Origin: an uncultured Candidatus Saccharibacteria bacterium | Lineage (GTDB): Bacteria; Patescibacteriota; Minisyncoccia; Phycocordibacterales; DATGWK01 | Assembly (NCBI GenBank): GCA_964428845.1 | Contig: CAYRZH010000003.1 | Coordinates: forward strand, 25,884 to 89,883 | Direction of reading: 5' to 3' | Length of the DNA: 64,000 nucleotides | In this document: in pieces, positions 1 through 9,885 of the stretch | How positions within the stretch are numbered: position 1 is the first letter of the stretch | Layout: the number at the start of each line of letters is the position of its first letter | Made by a program: the position numbers and the translations under genes | The notes under the pieces: model-generated | Told to the model about the DNA's origin: nothing | The model's input: only the letters and a program-made list of their open reading frames with translations | Databases searched by the model: none

Positions 1-1072
1 TGTCTGGATAAAAAAGATCAGCGGAAATCCGTCTAAAGGAAAAATTATTAAAGTATTTACATTTGAAGGTCTGGTAAAAAAGGAAACTGACGAGGCTGTT
101 GCCGGAGATATCGTCATGATCGCAGGACTACCAGAAATATATATAGGTGACACAGTCTGTGAAAATGAAAACCAGGATGCCCTGCCCGCTATAAAGATCG
201 ACGAACCAACCATTTCTCTAAATTTCCTTGTAAACGACTCACCTTTTGCTGGCCGTGAGGGAAAGTTTGTTACTGGCAGGCAAATCCGTGAGAGGCTCAC
301 TAAAGAACTCGAGATAAACGTCGGACTAAAGGTGGATTTCTCGCGAGATGATTATTTTACTGTTTTTGGGCGAGGGGAACTTCATATCGCGATCTTGCTT
401 GAAAACATGAGGCGTGAGGGATATGAACTTCAGGTCTCCCAACCACTCGTCATTACGAGAGAGGAGAACGGGGTGCTTTTGGAACCATTTGAAGAAGTGG
501 TTATAGATATACCGGAAGAATACTCGAGCACAGTGATAAAGAAGCTCTCCGAGCGCAAAGGAATAATGATCGAGATGAAGCCGGAGCATAACGGACAACG
601 CATTATATTTGAAGTGCCTACGCGCGGGCTTCTCGGATACCGTGGACAATTTGTCATAGACACGAAAGGCGAAGGGATTATCTCTTCAAGATTTATAGGC
701 TTCAAAAACCACGTTGGGGAAATAAAAAAGCAGGCTTTTGGTTCCATGATCTCGATGACTTCCGGAAAATCGCTTGCCTTTGCACTGTGGAATCTCCAAG
801 ATCGCGGAACACTTTACATCGACCCCAATACAGAAGTATATGAAGGAATGGTAATCGGTAATACATCTAAGGGGGAAACTATGTTTGTAAACCCAACAAA
901 AGGCAAGCAACTGACAAACATGCGAGCCTCCGGATCAGACGAATCCATCTACATCACTCCTGCATTCAAACTAAGTATAGAAAGAGCCATGGAAATCATG
1001 GCCGCTGATGACTTCATCGAGATTACTCCGAAAAATGTTCGTTTAAGAAAAAGGAAAGAAAATAGTAGATGA
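1..1072 (+). CDS. typA: GTP-binding translational GTPase TypA/BipA, C-terminal part. The reading frame is open from base 2, so the 5' end lies outside the window.
   Basis: Translation (VWIKKISGNPSKGKIIKVFTFEGLVK...MIAGLPEIYIGDTVCE...) matches the BipA/TypA domain III-V region. No stop codon between base 2 and 1072. Confidence 0.8.
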   Translation, partial: VWIKKISGNPSKGKIIKVFTFEGLVKKETDEAVAGDIVMIAGLPEIYIGDTVCENENQDALPAIKIDEPTISLNFLVNDSPFAGREGKFVTGRQIRERLTKELEINVGLKVDFSRDDYFTVFGRGELHIAILLENMRREGYELQVSQPLVITREENGVLLEPFEEVVIDIPEEYSSTVIKKLSERKGIMIEMKPEHNGQRIIFEVPTRGLLGYRGQFVIDTKGEGIISSRFIGFKNHVGEIKKQAFGSMISMTSGKSLAFALWNLQDRGTLYIDPNTEVYEGMVIGNTSKGETMFVNPTKGKQLTNMRASGSDESIYITPAFKLSIERAMEIMAADDFIEITPKNVRLRKRKENSR

Positions 1073-1136
1073 TCGTTTGCTCCTTTCCAAAATAACTCTT
1101 GTCTCTCCCCCATATTTCAGATAGAATTTAGCCAAT

Positions 1137-2456
1137 ATGAAGGAAAAAGCGGCTGCCCGACTCTCTACCGAAAGTTATAAAGGTGTCCGGGATTTCTATC
1201 CCGAAGAGATGTTTGTCCAAAATTATATATTTGACGTGATGCGGAAAACCGCCGAGAGCTTCGGTTTCGTCGAATACGAGGCTTCAATTCTCGAACCTGC
1301 CGAGCTATACCGGGCAAAAACTGGCGAAGAAATAGTAAACGAGCAAACTTATACTTTTAAGGATCGCGGGGGGCGCGAAGTGACTCTTCGGCCAGAAATG
1401 ACTCCGACTGTGGCCCGAATGGTCGCAGCGAAGATGCGTGAGTTCCCAATGCCCCTGCGCTGGTATTCGATCCCAAACCTCTTTCGCTACGAGCAACCAC
1501 AGCGAGGCCGTCTACGAGAACATTGGCAATTAAATGCCGATATATTTGGGATCGACAATGAGCAAGCCGACGTAGAAATCATTGCTCTGGCCTATCAACT
1601 ATTTAAAAATTATGGGGCAAAGGACGAGGATTTTACGATCAAGATCAACGACCGCCGAATAATCAACGAACTCTTTGAACTATACGAAATTTCTCCTGAA
1701 AAAAGACAGAAGCTCTCAAAAATAATAGACAAAAAGGAAAAGATTAGCGGCGAAGCATTTAGAGATTCAGTCTCGGTACTCCTAGACGAGAAAGCAGAAA
1801 AGTTTATCGACTCGATAAGTTCTGGAAAAAAGCTTGTGGAGGCGCTCGGGGAAAAGAATGTAGAGACAAAAAGAGTAATGGAGTTGATTGATTCTCTTTC
1901 AAATATGGGAATAAGCAACGTGACCTTTGAGCCAACCCTTATGCGAGGCTTTGACTATTACACTGGCACGGTTTTTGAGGGTTTTGACTCAAACGAGAAG
2001 AACAAACGCTCACTTTTTGGCGGTGGCCGCTATGACGACCTGCTGTCAGTTTTTGGCAATGAAAAACTTCCGGCGGTTGGTTTCGGCACAGGAGATGTCA
2101 CAATCCAGGATTTCCTAGAAACCCACGCCCTTCTTCCTTCTTACAAAACAAAGACAGATCTCTATCTTTGCATTATGGACGAGACATATGGCTTCGGAAG
2201 TGACTTAGCCAAGAAGCTACGAGAGTTGGGTCTAAACGTAGTATGCGATTATACAGATAAAACTGTCGGAGATAAGATAAAAAAGGCTGTCAAAGATCAT
2301 GTTCCCTATCTGGCTGTAGTTGGAAATAACGAAGAAAAATCCCAATCAATAACAATAAAAAACCTCTCTTCACGCAAAGAAAAGCAATTTAAGATTGATG
2401 ATAGCGGGATTCCTAAAATAGCTGAAGAATTTAAAACGGGAAAGATGGTTGAGTAA
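1137..2456 (+). CDS. hisS: Histidyl-tRNA synthetase (class II)
   Basis: HisRS motifs: FRYEQPQRGRLREHWQLNADIFG (motif 2) and GGGRYDDL (motif 3). 439 aa, a short form. Confidence 0.9.
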   Translation: MKEKAAARLSTESYKGVRDFYPEEMFVQNYIFDVMRKTAESFGFVEYEASILEPAELYRAKTGEEIVNEQTYTFKDRGGREVTLRPEMTPTVARMVAAKMREFPMPLRWYSIPNLFRYEQPQRGRLREHWQLNADIFGIDNEQADVEIIALAYQLFKNYGAKDEDFTIKINDRRIINELFELYEISPEKRQKLSKIIDKKEKISGEAFRDSVSVLLDEKAEKFIDSISSGKKLVEALGEKNVETKRVMELIDSLSNMGISNVTFEPTLMRGFDYYTGTVFEGFDSNEKNKRSLFGGGRYDDLLSVFGNEKLPAVGFGTGDVTIQDFLETHALLPSYKTKTDLYLCIMDETYGFGSDLAKKLRELGLNVVCDYTDKTVGDKIKKAVKDHVPYLAVVGNNEEKSQSITIKNLSSRKEKQFKIDDSGIPKIAEEFKTGKMVE

Positions 2457-2481
2457 GTGGTGTCCACCCCAAATCCAGTTT

Positions 2482-3057
2482 ATGAAAAAAGTTGTTTTTG
2501 ATATTGAAACAAGCAATATTTTCTCTGATGTTGGCAAGAACGACCCAGCTCTTTTAGATATATCTGTAGTTGGAATTTATGAATATGATAAAGATAAATA
2601 CACCTGCTTTGTAGAGGAAGAGTTCAAAAAACTTTGGCCGATTTTAGAAAAAACAGACCTTCTTATCGGTTTCAACTCCGAACATTTCGACCTTCCACTT
2701 CTCAACAAATATTATTCTGGCGATCTTTCAAAGATTGATCACCTGGATATACTCAAAGAAATCAAAAACTCCTTTGGTCGGAGGATGAAACTTGACCAGA
2801 TCGCCGAGGGGACACTTGGCTTGAAAAAAATTGGTCATGGACTGCAGGCTACAAACTGGTGGAGGAAGGGAGAGTACGAAAAAGTAAAAAATTATTGTCT
2901 AGACGACGTAAAGATCACCAAAGAAATATATGAATTTGCTCTAGCCAACAAAAAAGTGAGGTTTGCCGAGGGGGGAAGTATTATCGATGTACCACTAAAT
3001 ACAGATAGCTGGAGCAAAGATCGCGGCAATAGCATCACATTTACCTTGCCTTTTTAA
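2482..3057 (+). CDS. DEDD-family 3'-5' exonuclease (RNase H-like fold, DnaQ/RNase T-like). The likely start is the internal MKKVVFDIETS; the ORF track starts at 2449, overlapping hisS.
   Basis: N-terminal FDIETS Exo I motif and a later FNSEHFDLPLL motif, typical of DEDDh exonucleases. Confidence 0.6.
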   Translation: MKKVVFDIETSNIFSDVGKNDPALLDISVVGIYEYDKDKYTCFVEEEFKKLWPILEKTDLLIGFNSEHFDLPLLNKYYSGDLSKIDHLDILKEIKNSFGRRMKLDQIAEGTLGLKKIGHGLQATNWWRKGEYEKVKNYCLDDVKITKEIYEFALANKKVRFAEGGSIIDVPLNTDSWSKDRGNSITFTLPF

Positions 3058-3076
3058 GACCCGTCGGGGAATATCT

Positions 3077-3895
3077 ATGCTACAATTGAGCCCTATGAAA
3101 ACAAACAAAGGCTCACTCGCCGTTCCAATTGCCATCGTTATAGCTGGTGCCCTTATCGCCGTTGCGGTTTATTTTTCCGGATCTAAAGTAGGCCCAGCCC
3201 CGACGACAAATACCAACGGTCCAGCGCCAGCTGGTATTTTGACTGGTGATATCAAGGTGCCTCTAGTAGGATCGAATGATCATATTCTCGGCAATCCCAA
3301 TGCTCCGATTATTTTCGTCGAATATTCAGATACAGAATGTCCATTCTGTAAGCAATTCCACGCAACAATGCACAAAGTTATGGATAAATACGGTAAAGAT
3401 GGCCGGGTGGCGTGGGCTTACCGCCACTTTCCGATTGATACACTACACAAGAAAGCTCGTGGTGAGGCACAAGCAACAGAGTGTGCGGCCAAACTCGGCG
3501 GCAACGAAAAGTTCTGGAGCTACATAGATCGCTTACTTGAAGTCACAACCTCGAATGACACTCTTGACCCAGCCGAGCTACCGAAAATAGCCAAAGATGT
3601 TGGTCTTGATACCAAAGCCTTTACAAGCTGTCTCTCCGCAGGATCTGAAGCAGGCAAAATCGAAGAACAATATCAGGAAGCAGTTGCCGCTGGAGGAAGT
3701 GGTACCCCGTTCAGTGTCATATTGCTAAAAGACAAGTTTGATGGCAAAAAGATAAAAGAATTTGTCACTGGCCTCATTCAGAAATACCGATTGCCACCAG
3801 ATTTGATCGTAATATCAAATGATGAAAAGAAAATTTCCGTGGGTGGAGCAATGCCTTACGAAATCATAGAGCAGTTTATTACTGCCCTACAATAG
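3077..3895 (+). CDS. Membrane-anchored DsbA-family thiol:disulfide oxidoreductase (thioredoxin fold)
   Basis: N-terminal TM helix (LAVPIAIVIAGALIAVAVYF) and a CPFC active-site motif (YSDTECPFCKQFH). Confidence 0.75.
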   Translation: MLQLSPMKTNKGSLAVPIAIVIAGALIAVAVYFSGSKVGPAPTTNTNGPAPAGILTGDIKVPLVGSNDHILGNPNAPIIFVEYSDTECPFCKQFHATMHKVMDKYGKDGRVAWAYRHFPIDTLHKKARGEAQATECAAKLGGNEKFWSYIDRLLEVTTSNDTLDPAELPKIAKDVGLDTKAFTSCLSAGSEAGKIEEQYQEAVAAGGSGTPFSVILLKDKFDGKKIKEFVTGLIQKYRLPPDLIVISNDEKKISVGGAMPYEIIEQFITALQ

Positions 3896-6800
3896 TCTCC
3901 CTTAGACGACAAAATTCACAAGAGGAGTCATCACATTTTTTATTCCAAAACTTTAGGTCAAAAATTTCTGCAGCGATAGAAGAAATTTCCTTTCTCAAGG
4001 CATCTGCATCCTCTACCGTAATTTCAAACAATTCCTTTCTATATTTACCAGATTTGTCGGGCTCAACAAAGTCCACAACTCCCTTCCCTACCTTAAGTTG
4101 GCCACTGTCAAATTCGTCCAAAAGAATTTTGTAGAAAACGAGCTGTCTTTTGTAATTACCATCAGAGCTCTTGGTACCACCCTCTATCTCCCTTCTGCTT
4201 TTTGGATTTCCAGTCTTGTAGTCCACAACTGTGACAGAGTCCCCCAAGTCCGGTTCGATCTTATCGATTTTTCCTTTTAGGAGCAGACTCTCTTTACTTC
4301 CCGCCTGACTCGTAAACGGCAAGAAGGTTCCTACTACGTTTAGCTCATTTACAATTGGCTTCGGCCAAGTATTTTTATATGCCTCGAAATATCCCGATAG
4401 AGATTTTGTTCCTTTCTCGAGAAATAACTTGAAATCGTCTTCAGAAAGAGCTTTTTTGTTAAGAAAATTTTCAAAAAGTGAGAGGAAATTTTTCTTGGAC
4501 ATTAGCCTGCCGTTCCGATATTCATCAAAGAAAACCTTGAGAGTTTCATGAATGGCCGTGCCGTAAAGCTGATATCTTTCTTCGGCCTTCGGTACCCTGA
4601 TAAGATTCAAAAAGAAAAATTTCCAAGGGCAATCTATATAATTATTGAGAGCGCTTACCGATATGCCTTCTTCAAGAAAAACCTTTCTCAAATAATTCTT
4701 GTCCCTGATCGATGGAGTAACCTTAGGGCGACGATCAGAGGTTACCCGCCCCGCTTTTCCAATAGGAACTTTGATATCTATTTTTTTAATCTTACTTGGA
4801 TCAATTTCTTCCAAGAATTGACTAGGTAAAAGTTCCTTTTGAGAATTATCCTTTTTTGAATATGAAAGAGTCACCTCCTTACGGGCTCGGGTTAAGGCAA
4901 CATAGAGCAGGCGTCTCTCGTCTTCCACTCCACCGTCATCTACTTCACTTAGACTGCTTAGAGGCAGGAAATAACTGGGCATCCTCCTATTCCCCCAATG
5001 CCCATCGTTCATACCAACACAAAAAACATAATCAAACTCCAAACCCTTGGATTTATGCGCCGTCATAAGATTTACTTTTCCCGGTGCAACAGAAAAACCT
5101 TGAGTGCGGATTGAGACATCGTGCCTCGATAGAGTATTCAAAAAAATAATGTAGTCCTTGAGAGTGTAATATTTATGACGCTCAAGAAGACCTACCGCCT
5201 GACTTAGCAAGGTATTTAGAAGTGAAAGTTTCTCGGTTCCGCTTTCTCCAAGCATCAAGTAAGAGATGAAACCCATATTGTGCATAACAGCTTCAAGCGT
5301 CTCCGAAAGATTTTTCTTCTTCGCCGCGAGGCTTAGCTTGTGCAACTTCGAATAAAGATCACTGAATTTATTTACATCTTTTATACCAGCCGCCTTAAGG
5401 TCAGATGGCTTTCTTAAAGAATCGTAGATGGATATTTTGTTTTTTCTCGAAGCCCTGACCAGTTTGAAAACATCCAGATGATCCAGGCCTAAAAAATCGA
5501 AGAAAAGCACTGGAACAATAAGTTCGTCATTTCCAAAATCATTTATAGCATAAAGCACGGCGATAAAGGCTCTTATGTCTTCGTCAGCAAAAAGATCTGT
5601 CTCGGAATGTATTACGTAAGGTACCCCAGCTGACTCGAATACTTGTCTAAGAGGCAGAGCATCTTTATTGTCTCTGTATAAAACTGCAATGGAAGGCGCA
5701 TCTACCCCACCAGCGATCTTCATCTTGATTTTGGAGACAACCCACTCGTACTCAAGCCTTTGACTTGGAAGTTCTGCAAGGAAAATCGATGGCCCTGCGG
5801 TGGATCGTGATGAGACCAGCCGTGGTCGCATATCGTCTAGGGCCAGAATATTTTTTGAAATCAGACTATGGGAAGCATCGAGAATGGCTTGTGGTGATCG
5901 GTAATTTTTCTTTAGAGTAATAAGTTTTGCCTCCTTGAATCTCTTTTTAAAATAAAGAAAGTTTTCGAGTGAAGCGCCTTGGAAACGGAAAATAGCCTGC
6001 TTCTCGTCCCCGACGATGAATAGATTGGGGTTCTTGTGGAAGCCAGAAAGCAGTTCTAGAAGCTTATTTTGGGCGTTATTTGCGTCCTGGTGCTCGTCGG
6101 CCAGGATGTATTGGTAATTTTCTTGGAGTTCAAGGAGAAGGTTCTTATTTGCTCTCAATTCTTTCAGAACTTCTATAATCATATCCTCATAGTCATAGAG
6201 TCTCTTTTTATCAAGCGACTCCTGATATTTTTCGTAAACTAAAAAAAGTTCCTCGCTATTTTGGATTCTTCTTTCTGTTGGCTTCCACTTTGCTTTCATC
6301 TCACCCTTATAGGCTCCACTTTGATGATACAGGTCTTCGTTTGACTCGAAACGCTTCCTCTCGTCTGCCAGTATTTTTTTAAAATTTTTTGGGTCGATAT
6401 CGTCTCGCTTCAGTTCCTTTATTTGAGAAATTATTGATTTTAAATAGAAAAAAGGATTACCATAAGGTTTAAGATTTTTGAGTTTGGTCTTGGAAATTAT
6501 TTCTTCGAGAATTTTTATCTGATCAAGGTCACTCATGTTTTGAGCGCCAATGATTCGAGGAAATTCTTGAGGATAGCGTTTTATTATCTCATTACAGAAG
6601 CTATGGAATGTGTGAATGTTGGCTCTATAGCCTGTTGGGCCAACGATCTCCACGAGCTTTTTTCTTATGGAGTGAACCCCCGATTCGGTAAAAGTGAGCG
6701 CAAGAATACTTGAGACCGATGCATCTGTTTTTCGTAAGATATTTGCGATCCGCAGAGTAAGAATGGAGGTCTTCCCCGTACCTGGGCCAGCGATGACCAT

Positions 6801-6908
6801 GACTGGACCTTCTATTTCGTCCACGGCTTCTCTCTGCTCGGGGTTAAGGGCTCGATAGAGCTTTTCGAAGTGTGTTTCTAATTTTTCTCGATCTGGAGTT
6901 CTTCCCAT
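3879..6908 (-). CDS. UvrD/PcrA-type ATP-dependent DNA helicase fused to a C-terminal PD-(D/E)XK nuclease with Cas4/AddB-like cysteines (single-chain helicase-nuclease)
   Basis: Walker A AGPGTGKTS near the N-terminus. UvrD motifs (ILADEHQDAN, TAHKSKGLEFD). C-terminal VDYKTG...QLVFYKIL nuclease core flanked by CPW...CDDSSCEFC cysteines. Confidence 0.8.
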   Translation of the reverse strand: MGRTPDREKLETHFEKLYRALNPEQREAVDEIEGPVMVIAGPGTGKTSILTLRIANILRKTDASVSSILALTFTESGVHSIRKKLVEIVGPTGYRANIHTFHSFCNEIIKRYPQEFPRIIGAQNMSDLDQIKILEEIISKTKLKNLKPYGNPFFYLKSIISQIKELKRDDIDPKNFKKILADERKRFESNEDLYHQSGAYKGEMKAKWKPTERRIQNSEELFLVYEKYQESLDKKRLYDYEDMIIEVLKELRANKNLLLELQENYQYILADEHQDANNAQNKLLELLSGFHKNPNLFIVGDEKQAIFRFQGASLENFLYFKKRFKEAKLITLKKNYRSPQAILDASHSLISKNILALDDMRPRLVSSRSTAGPSIFLAELPSQRLEYEWVVSKIKMKIAGGVDAPSIAVLYRDNKDALPLRQVFESAGVPYVIHSETDLFADEDIRAFIAVLYAINDFGNDELIVPVLFFDFLGLDHLDVFKLVRASRKNKISIYDSLRKPSDLKAAGIKDVNKFSDLYSKLHKLSLAAKKKNLSETLEAVMHNMGFISYLMLGESGTEKLSLLNTLLSQAVGLLERHKYYTLKDYIIFLNTLSRHDVSIRTQGFSVAPGKVNLMTAHKSKGLEFDYVFCVGMNDGHWGNRRMPSYFLPLSSLSEVDDGGVEDERRLLYVALTRARKEVTLSYSKKDNSQKELLPSQFLEEIDPSKIKKIDIKVPIGKAGRVTSDRRPKVTPSIRDKNYLRKVFLEEGISVSALNNYIDCPWKFFFLNLIRVPKAEERYQLYGTAIHETLKVFFDEYRNGRLMSKKNFLSLFENFLNKKALSEDDFKLFLEKGTKSLSGYFEAYKNTWPKPIVNELNVVGTFLPFTSQAGSKESLLLKGKIDKIEPDLGDSVTVVDYKTGNPKSRREIEGGTKSSDGNYKRQLVFYKILLDEFDSGQLKVGKGVVDFVEPDKSGKYRKELFEITVEDADALRKEISSIAAEIFDLKFWNKKCDDSSCEFCRLRETIVGQ

Positions 6909-6920
6909 TTGGGGCAGACA

Positions 6921-8138
6921 TTAATAATTCCTCAAACGATTGATGTTTTCGTGCTGCCTGATTTTTTCATGGGCCTTGGCCTCGATCTGGCGGATACGTT
7001 CGCGGGTGACACCAAACTCTTTGCCGACTTCTTCGAGGGTGTGGGTGATACCATCCACAAGACCGTGCCTCATTTCGAGTATCTTTCTCTCTTTGGGCGG
7101 TAGATCTCCCAAAATTTCTCTGACTTGGTCAGAAATAATCCTTCGGGAAGACTCTTGGTCTGGCGAAAGAATCTTTTCATCGGCAATAAAATCACCGAGG
7201 GTAGACTTGCCATCATCTCCATCGTCTCCAACAGGGCTTTCGAGTGAGACTGTATTTTGGTCTATTTTCTCGATTTGATAGACCTTATCAACGTCCATGT
7301 TCATTTCTACAGCGACTTCTTCTGGTAGTGGATCACGACCAAGGTCTTGAGAAAGACGGCGCACCACCTGCTTGTATTTGGCAATAGTTTCAACCATATG
7401 GACCGGCACGCGGATAGTACGACTCTGATCTGCGAGAGCTCTGGTTATAGCCTGACGAATCCACCATGTGGCGTATGTAGAAAACTTGTACCCCTTAGTC
7501 CAATCAAATTTATCAACAGCTTTAAAAAGACCCAGATTCCCCTCTTGAATCAGGTCAAGGAGTGTAAGGTCAGGGCTTCGACCGACATATTTCTTGGCAA
7601 TGGAAACCACGAGTCGGAGATTGGCTCTGGCTAGGAGATTCTTCGCTTCTATATCACCTGCTTCAATCCTTTTTGCAAGCTCTTTTTCTTGGGTACCAGA
7701 AATGAGGGGGTATTGGCCAATTTCCTTAAGGTACATCTGTATGGAGTCATAAGACGAACTATCAGAGCCGTAGGCAAGTTTTTTTACTAGAGTTTCTTCT
7801 GTGCCAGCATCAAGCAGACCTCCCCCTTCAAGAATGTCTATACCTGCCTCGTGAACTCTGGCATACAAATCATCCAAAAAGACGATATCTTCTTCGATGG
7901 TTGGAAATTCTTTAAGGATTTCGTCATACGTAATAAATCCTCGTTTTTTACCCTTACCGAGCAAGATAACCATACTTGCTTCGAGTTTTTGAGCCTTTTT
8001 GGTAAGTTTACCCTTTTCAGGAATTTGTTCCTTGCCAGAAGTGATTTTTTTTACTACTCGAGTTTTCTTCGAGATTTTCTTTGCCTTTTTTACCTTAACA
8101 TTCTTTTTCCCTTTGGCCTTTTTTTTGTTTTTCTTCAT
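6921..8138 (-). CDS. rpoD: RNA polymerase sigma-70 factor RpoD with a lysine-rich N-terminal extension
   Basis: Region 2.4 ([18 protein letters not shown]) and region 4.2 ([22 protein letters not shown]) are present. Located immediately downstream of dnaG. Confidence 0.9.
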   Translation of the reverse strand: MKKNKKKAKGKKNVKVKKAKKISKKTRVVKKITSGKEQIPEKGKLTKKAQKLEASMVILLGKGKKRGFITYDEILKEFPTIEEDIVFLDDLYARVHEAGIDILEGGGLLDAGTEETLVKKLAYGSDSSSYDSIQMYLKEIGQYPLISGTQEKELAKRIEAGDIEAKNLLARANLRLVVSIAKKYVGRSPDLTLLDLIQEGNLGLFKAVDKFDWTKGYKFSTYATWWIRQAITRALADQSRTIRVPVHMVETIAKYKQVVRRLSQDLGRDPLPEEVAVEMNMDVDKVYQIEKIDQNTVSLESPVGDDGDDGKSTLGDFIADEKILSPDQESSRRIISDQVREILGDLPPKERKILEMRHGLVDGITHTLEEVGKEFGVTRERIRQIEAKAHEKIRQHENINRLRNY

Positions 8139-8151
8139 TTTAATTTTGTTT

Positions 8152-9867
8152 TTATACTTTGTGCTTTATTGCGGAAAGCTTGGTGCTGATCTCCTGACAG
8201 TGTTCCAGAAGTTGTCTTGCTAGATTTGCGTCATTACCTTTTTCTGCCACCCTCATCGCTGTTATGGTTTCGGCAAGTTCGTCTTTGAGTTTTTCTTCCG
8301 TAAGTCTTTCGAATAATTCTTCGATGTGATCCTCTAAACTATCACTCCCCTCAAAGTACTGCTCGATCTCAAAGATTAGTTTATCCTTATCGGGATAGAG
8401 CTCTGATCGGAGTTTTTCTAGCCTTTCTTTGCCAATAAGTTCTTCGAGACGCTTCAGTATATCAGGAACCTTTACAGAAGTATTTCTTACGGTCTCTTGC
8501 CAGAAAACTAGACCGAGTATCGAACGGGCAACGGTGTGTCTCTTTAATTCTCCATTTTGGTTACTAAATTTTGGATTTCTTATCTCCGGACGAATCTGCT
8601 TTGACAGAGCTTTTAGATCATCCCAAATCGCCTCTTCTTTTATGTTTGTTTTTTCTGAAATGCTTTTTACAAAATGAGATCTCTCAATAGCGCTCGAAAC
8701 CAATAGAACAAAAGGTAATACTTTTTCTTTTATCTGTTTTGAAATATTCCGCCCACTTATGCCAGAAGCAATTAGGGAATCAGTGTAGAAATCCACAATG
8801 TGTTTCGAGGTAGAGACCAGATCTCGCCACATCTTTGGGTTCTTTAGAATAAGAGAGGCCGGGTCATCGCCTTCGGGCAGACTCACAATTTTTACCTCCA
8901 TTCCTAGAGAAAGTGCTAGGGTGGCGCTTCTTTCTACCGCCACAAACCCCGCGCTATCTCCATCGAAAGCAAACATAATCCTGTTTGAAAGACTTTGAAG
9001 TTTCTTTATGTGCCGATCACTAAAGGCAGTGCCCGAGGAAGCTACAGTATTGAGAAAACCCGCCTGGTGCGACATTATCAGGTCAAACTGACCTTCTACT
9101 ACGATGGAGTAATCCTGCTTTCTAATGGCCATTTTGGCCCTATCCAGACCATATAGGAACTCTGACTTATTGAAGAATTTCGTTTCTGGGCTGTTCAAAT
9201 ACTTAGGTGATTTTTCATCAGGAGTAAAGATTCGACCAGAAAAACCGACGACCGTCCCTTTCTGATCAAAAAGTGGAAACATGATTCTGTCGCGGAATGT
9301 ATCGTAGTACGGTTCACCACTCCCCTTCTCGTTCTTTTTTATAAGACCAACGGAGAACATCTGCTCTGCGGTAACGCCCTTCTCGAGAAGGAAACTGTAG
9401 AGGGATCGCCATTCATTTGGGGCGTAGCCGATCTGCCAAGTCTCAATCGTACCCTCCGTCAGACCCCTCTTCTTCAGATACGACACCACCTCATCTTTTT
9501 GTGCTAGCCTGTCAACAAAAAACTCTACCGAATCCTCCAAAAGATTTAGTAAATTTTTGTTTTCATCTCTAACCTCTTTTTTCTCCGGGATAAGTTCGAC
9601 ACCGGCTCGCAAGGCCAACATCGAGAGCGCTTCTTTAAATTCTACGCCCTCAAACTCTTGAACAAAGCTGAAGATGTCACCTTTCGCTCCACATCCAAAA
9701 CAATAATATGTGCCGCGGTCTGGTGAGATGAAAAAAGAGGCTGTCTTTTCGTTGTGGAATGGACACTTGGCCTTGAAGTTTGCCCCCGCCTTCTCTATCT
9801 TTAGGTACGACGAAACTACTTCCGAGATACCAAGACGCTCCTTGATTTTTTCTACATGGGAAGACAT
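8152..9867 (-). CDS. dnaG: DNA primase
   Basis: Zinc-ribbon [11 protein letters not shown]...CFGCGAKGD, a Toprim region, and a conserved dnaG-rpoD arrangement. Confidence 0.9.
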   Translation of the reverse strand: MSSHVEKIKERLGISEVVSSYLKIEKAGANFKAKCPFHNEKTASFFISPDRGTYYCFGCGAKGDIFSFVQEFEGVEFKEALSMLALRAGVELIPEKKEVRDENKNLLNLLEDSVEFFVDRLAQKDEVVSYLKKRGLTEGTIETWQIGYAPNEWRSLYSFLLEKGVTAEQMFSVGLIKKNEKGSGEPYYDTFRDRIMFPLFDQKGTVVGFSGRIFTPDEKSPKYLNSPETKFFNKSEFLYGLDRAKMAIRKQDYSIVVEGQFDLIMSHQAGFLNTVASSGTAFSDRHIKKLQSLSNRIMFAFDGDSAGFVAVERSATLALSLGMEVKIVSLPEGDDPASLILKNPKMWRDLVSTSKHIVDFYTDSLIASGISGRNISKQIKEKVLPFVLLVSSAIERSHFVKSISEKTNIKEEAIWDDLKALSKQIRPEIRNPKFSNQNGELKRHTVARSILGLVFWQETVRNTSVKVPDILKRLEELIGKERLEKLRSELYPDKDKLIFEIEQYFEGSDSLEDHIEELFERLTEEKLKDELAETITAMRVAEKGNDANLARQLLEHCQEISTKLSAIKHKV

Positions 9868-9885
9868 AAACCCAAGTAAGAAGAG

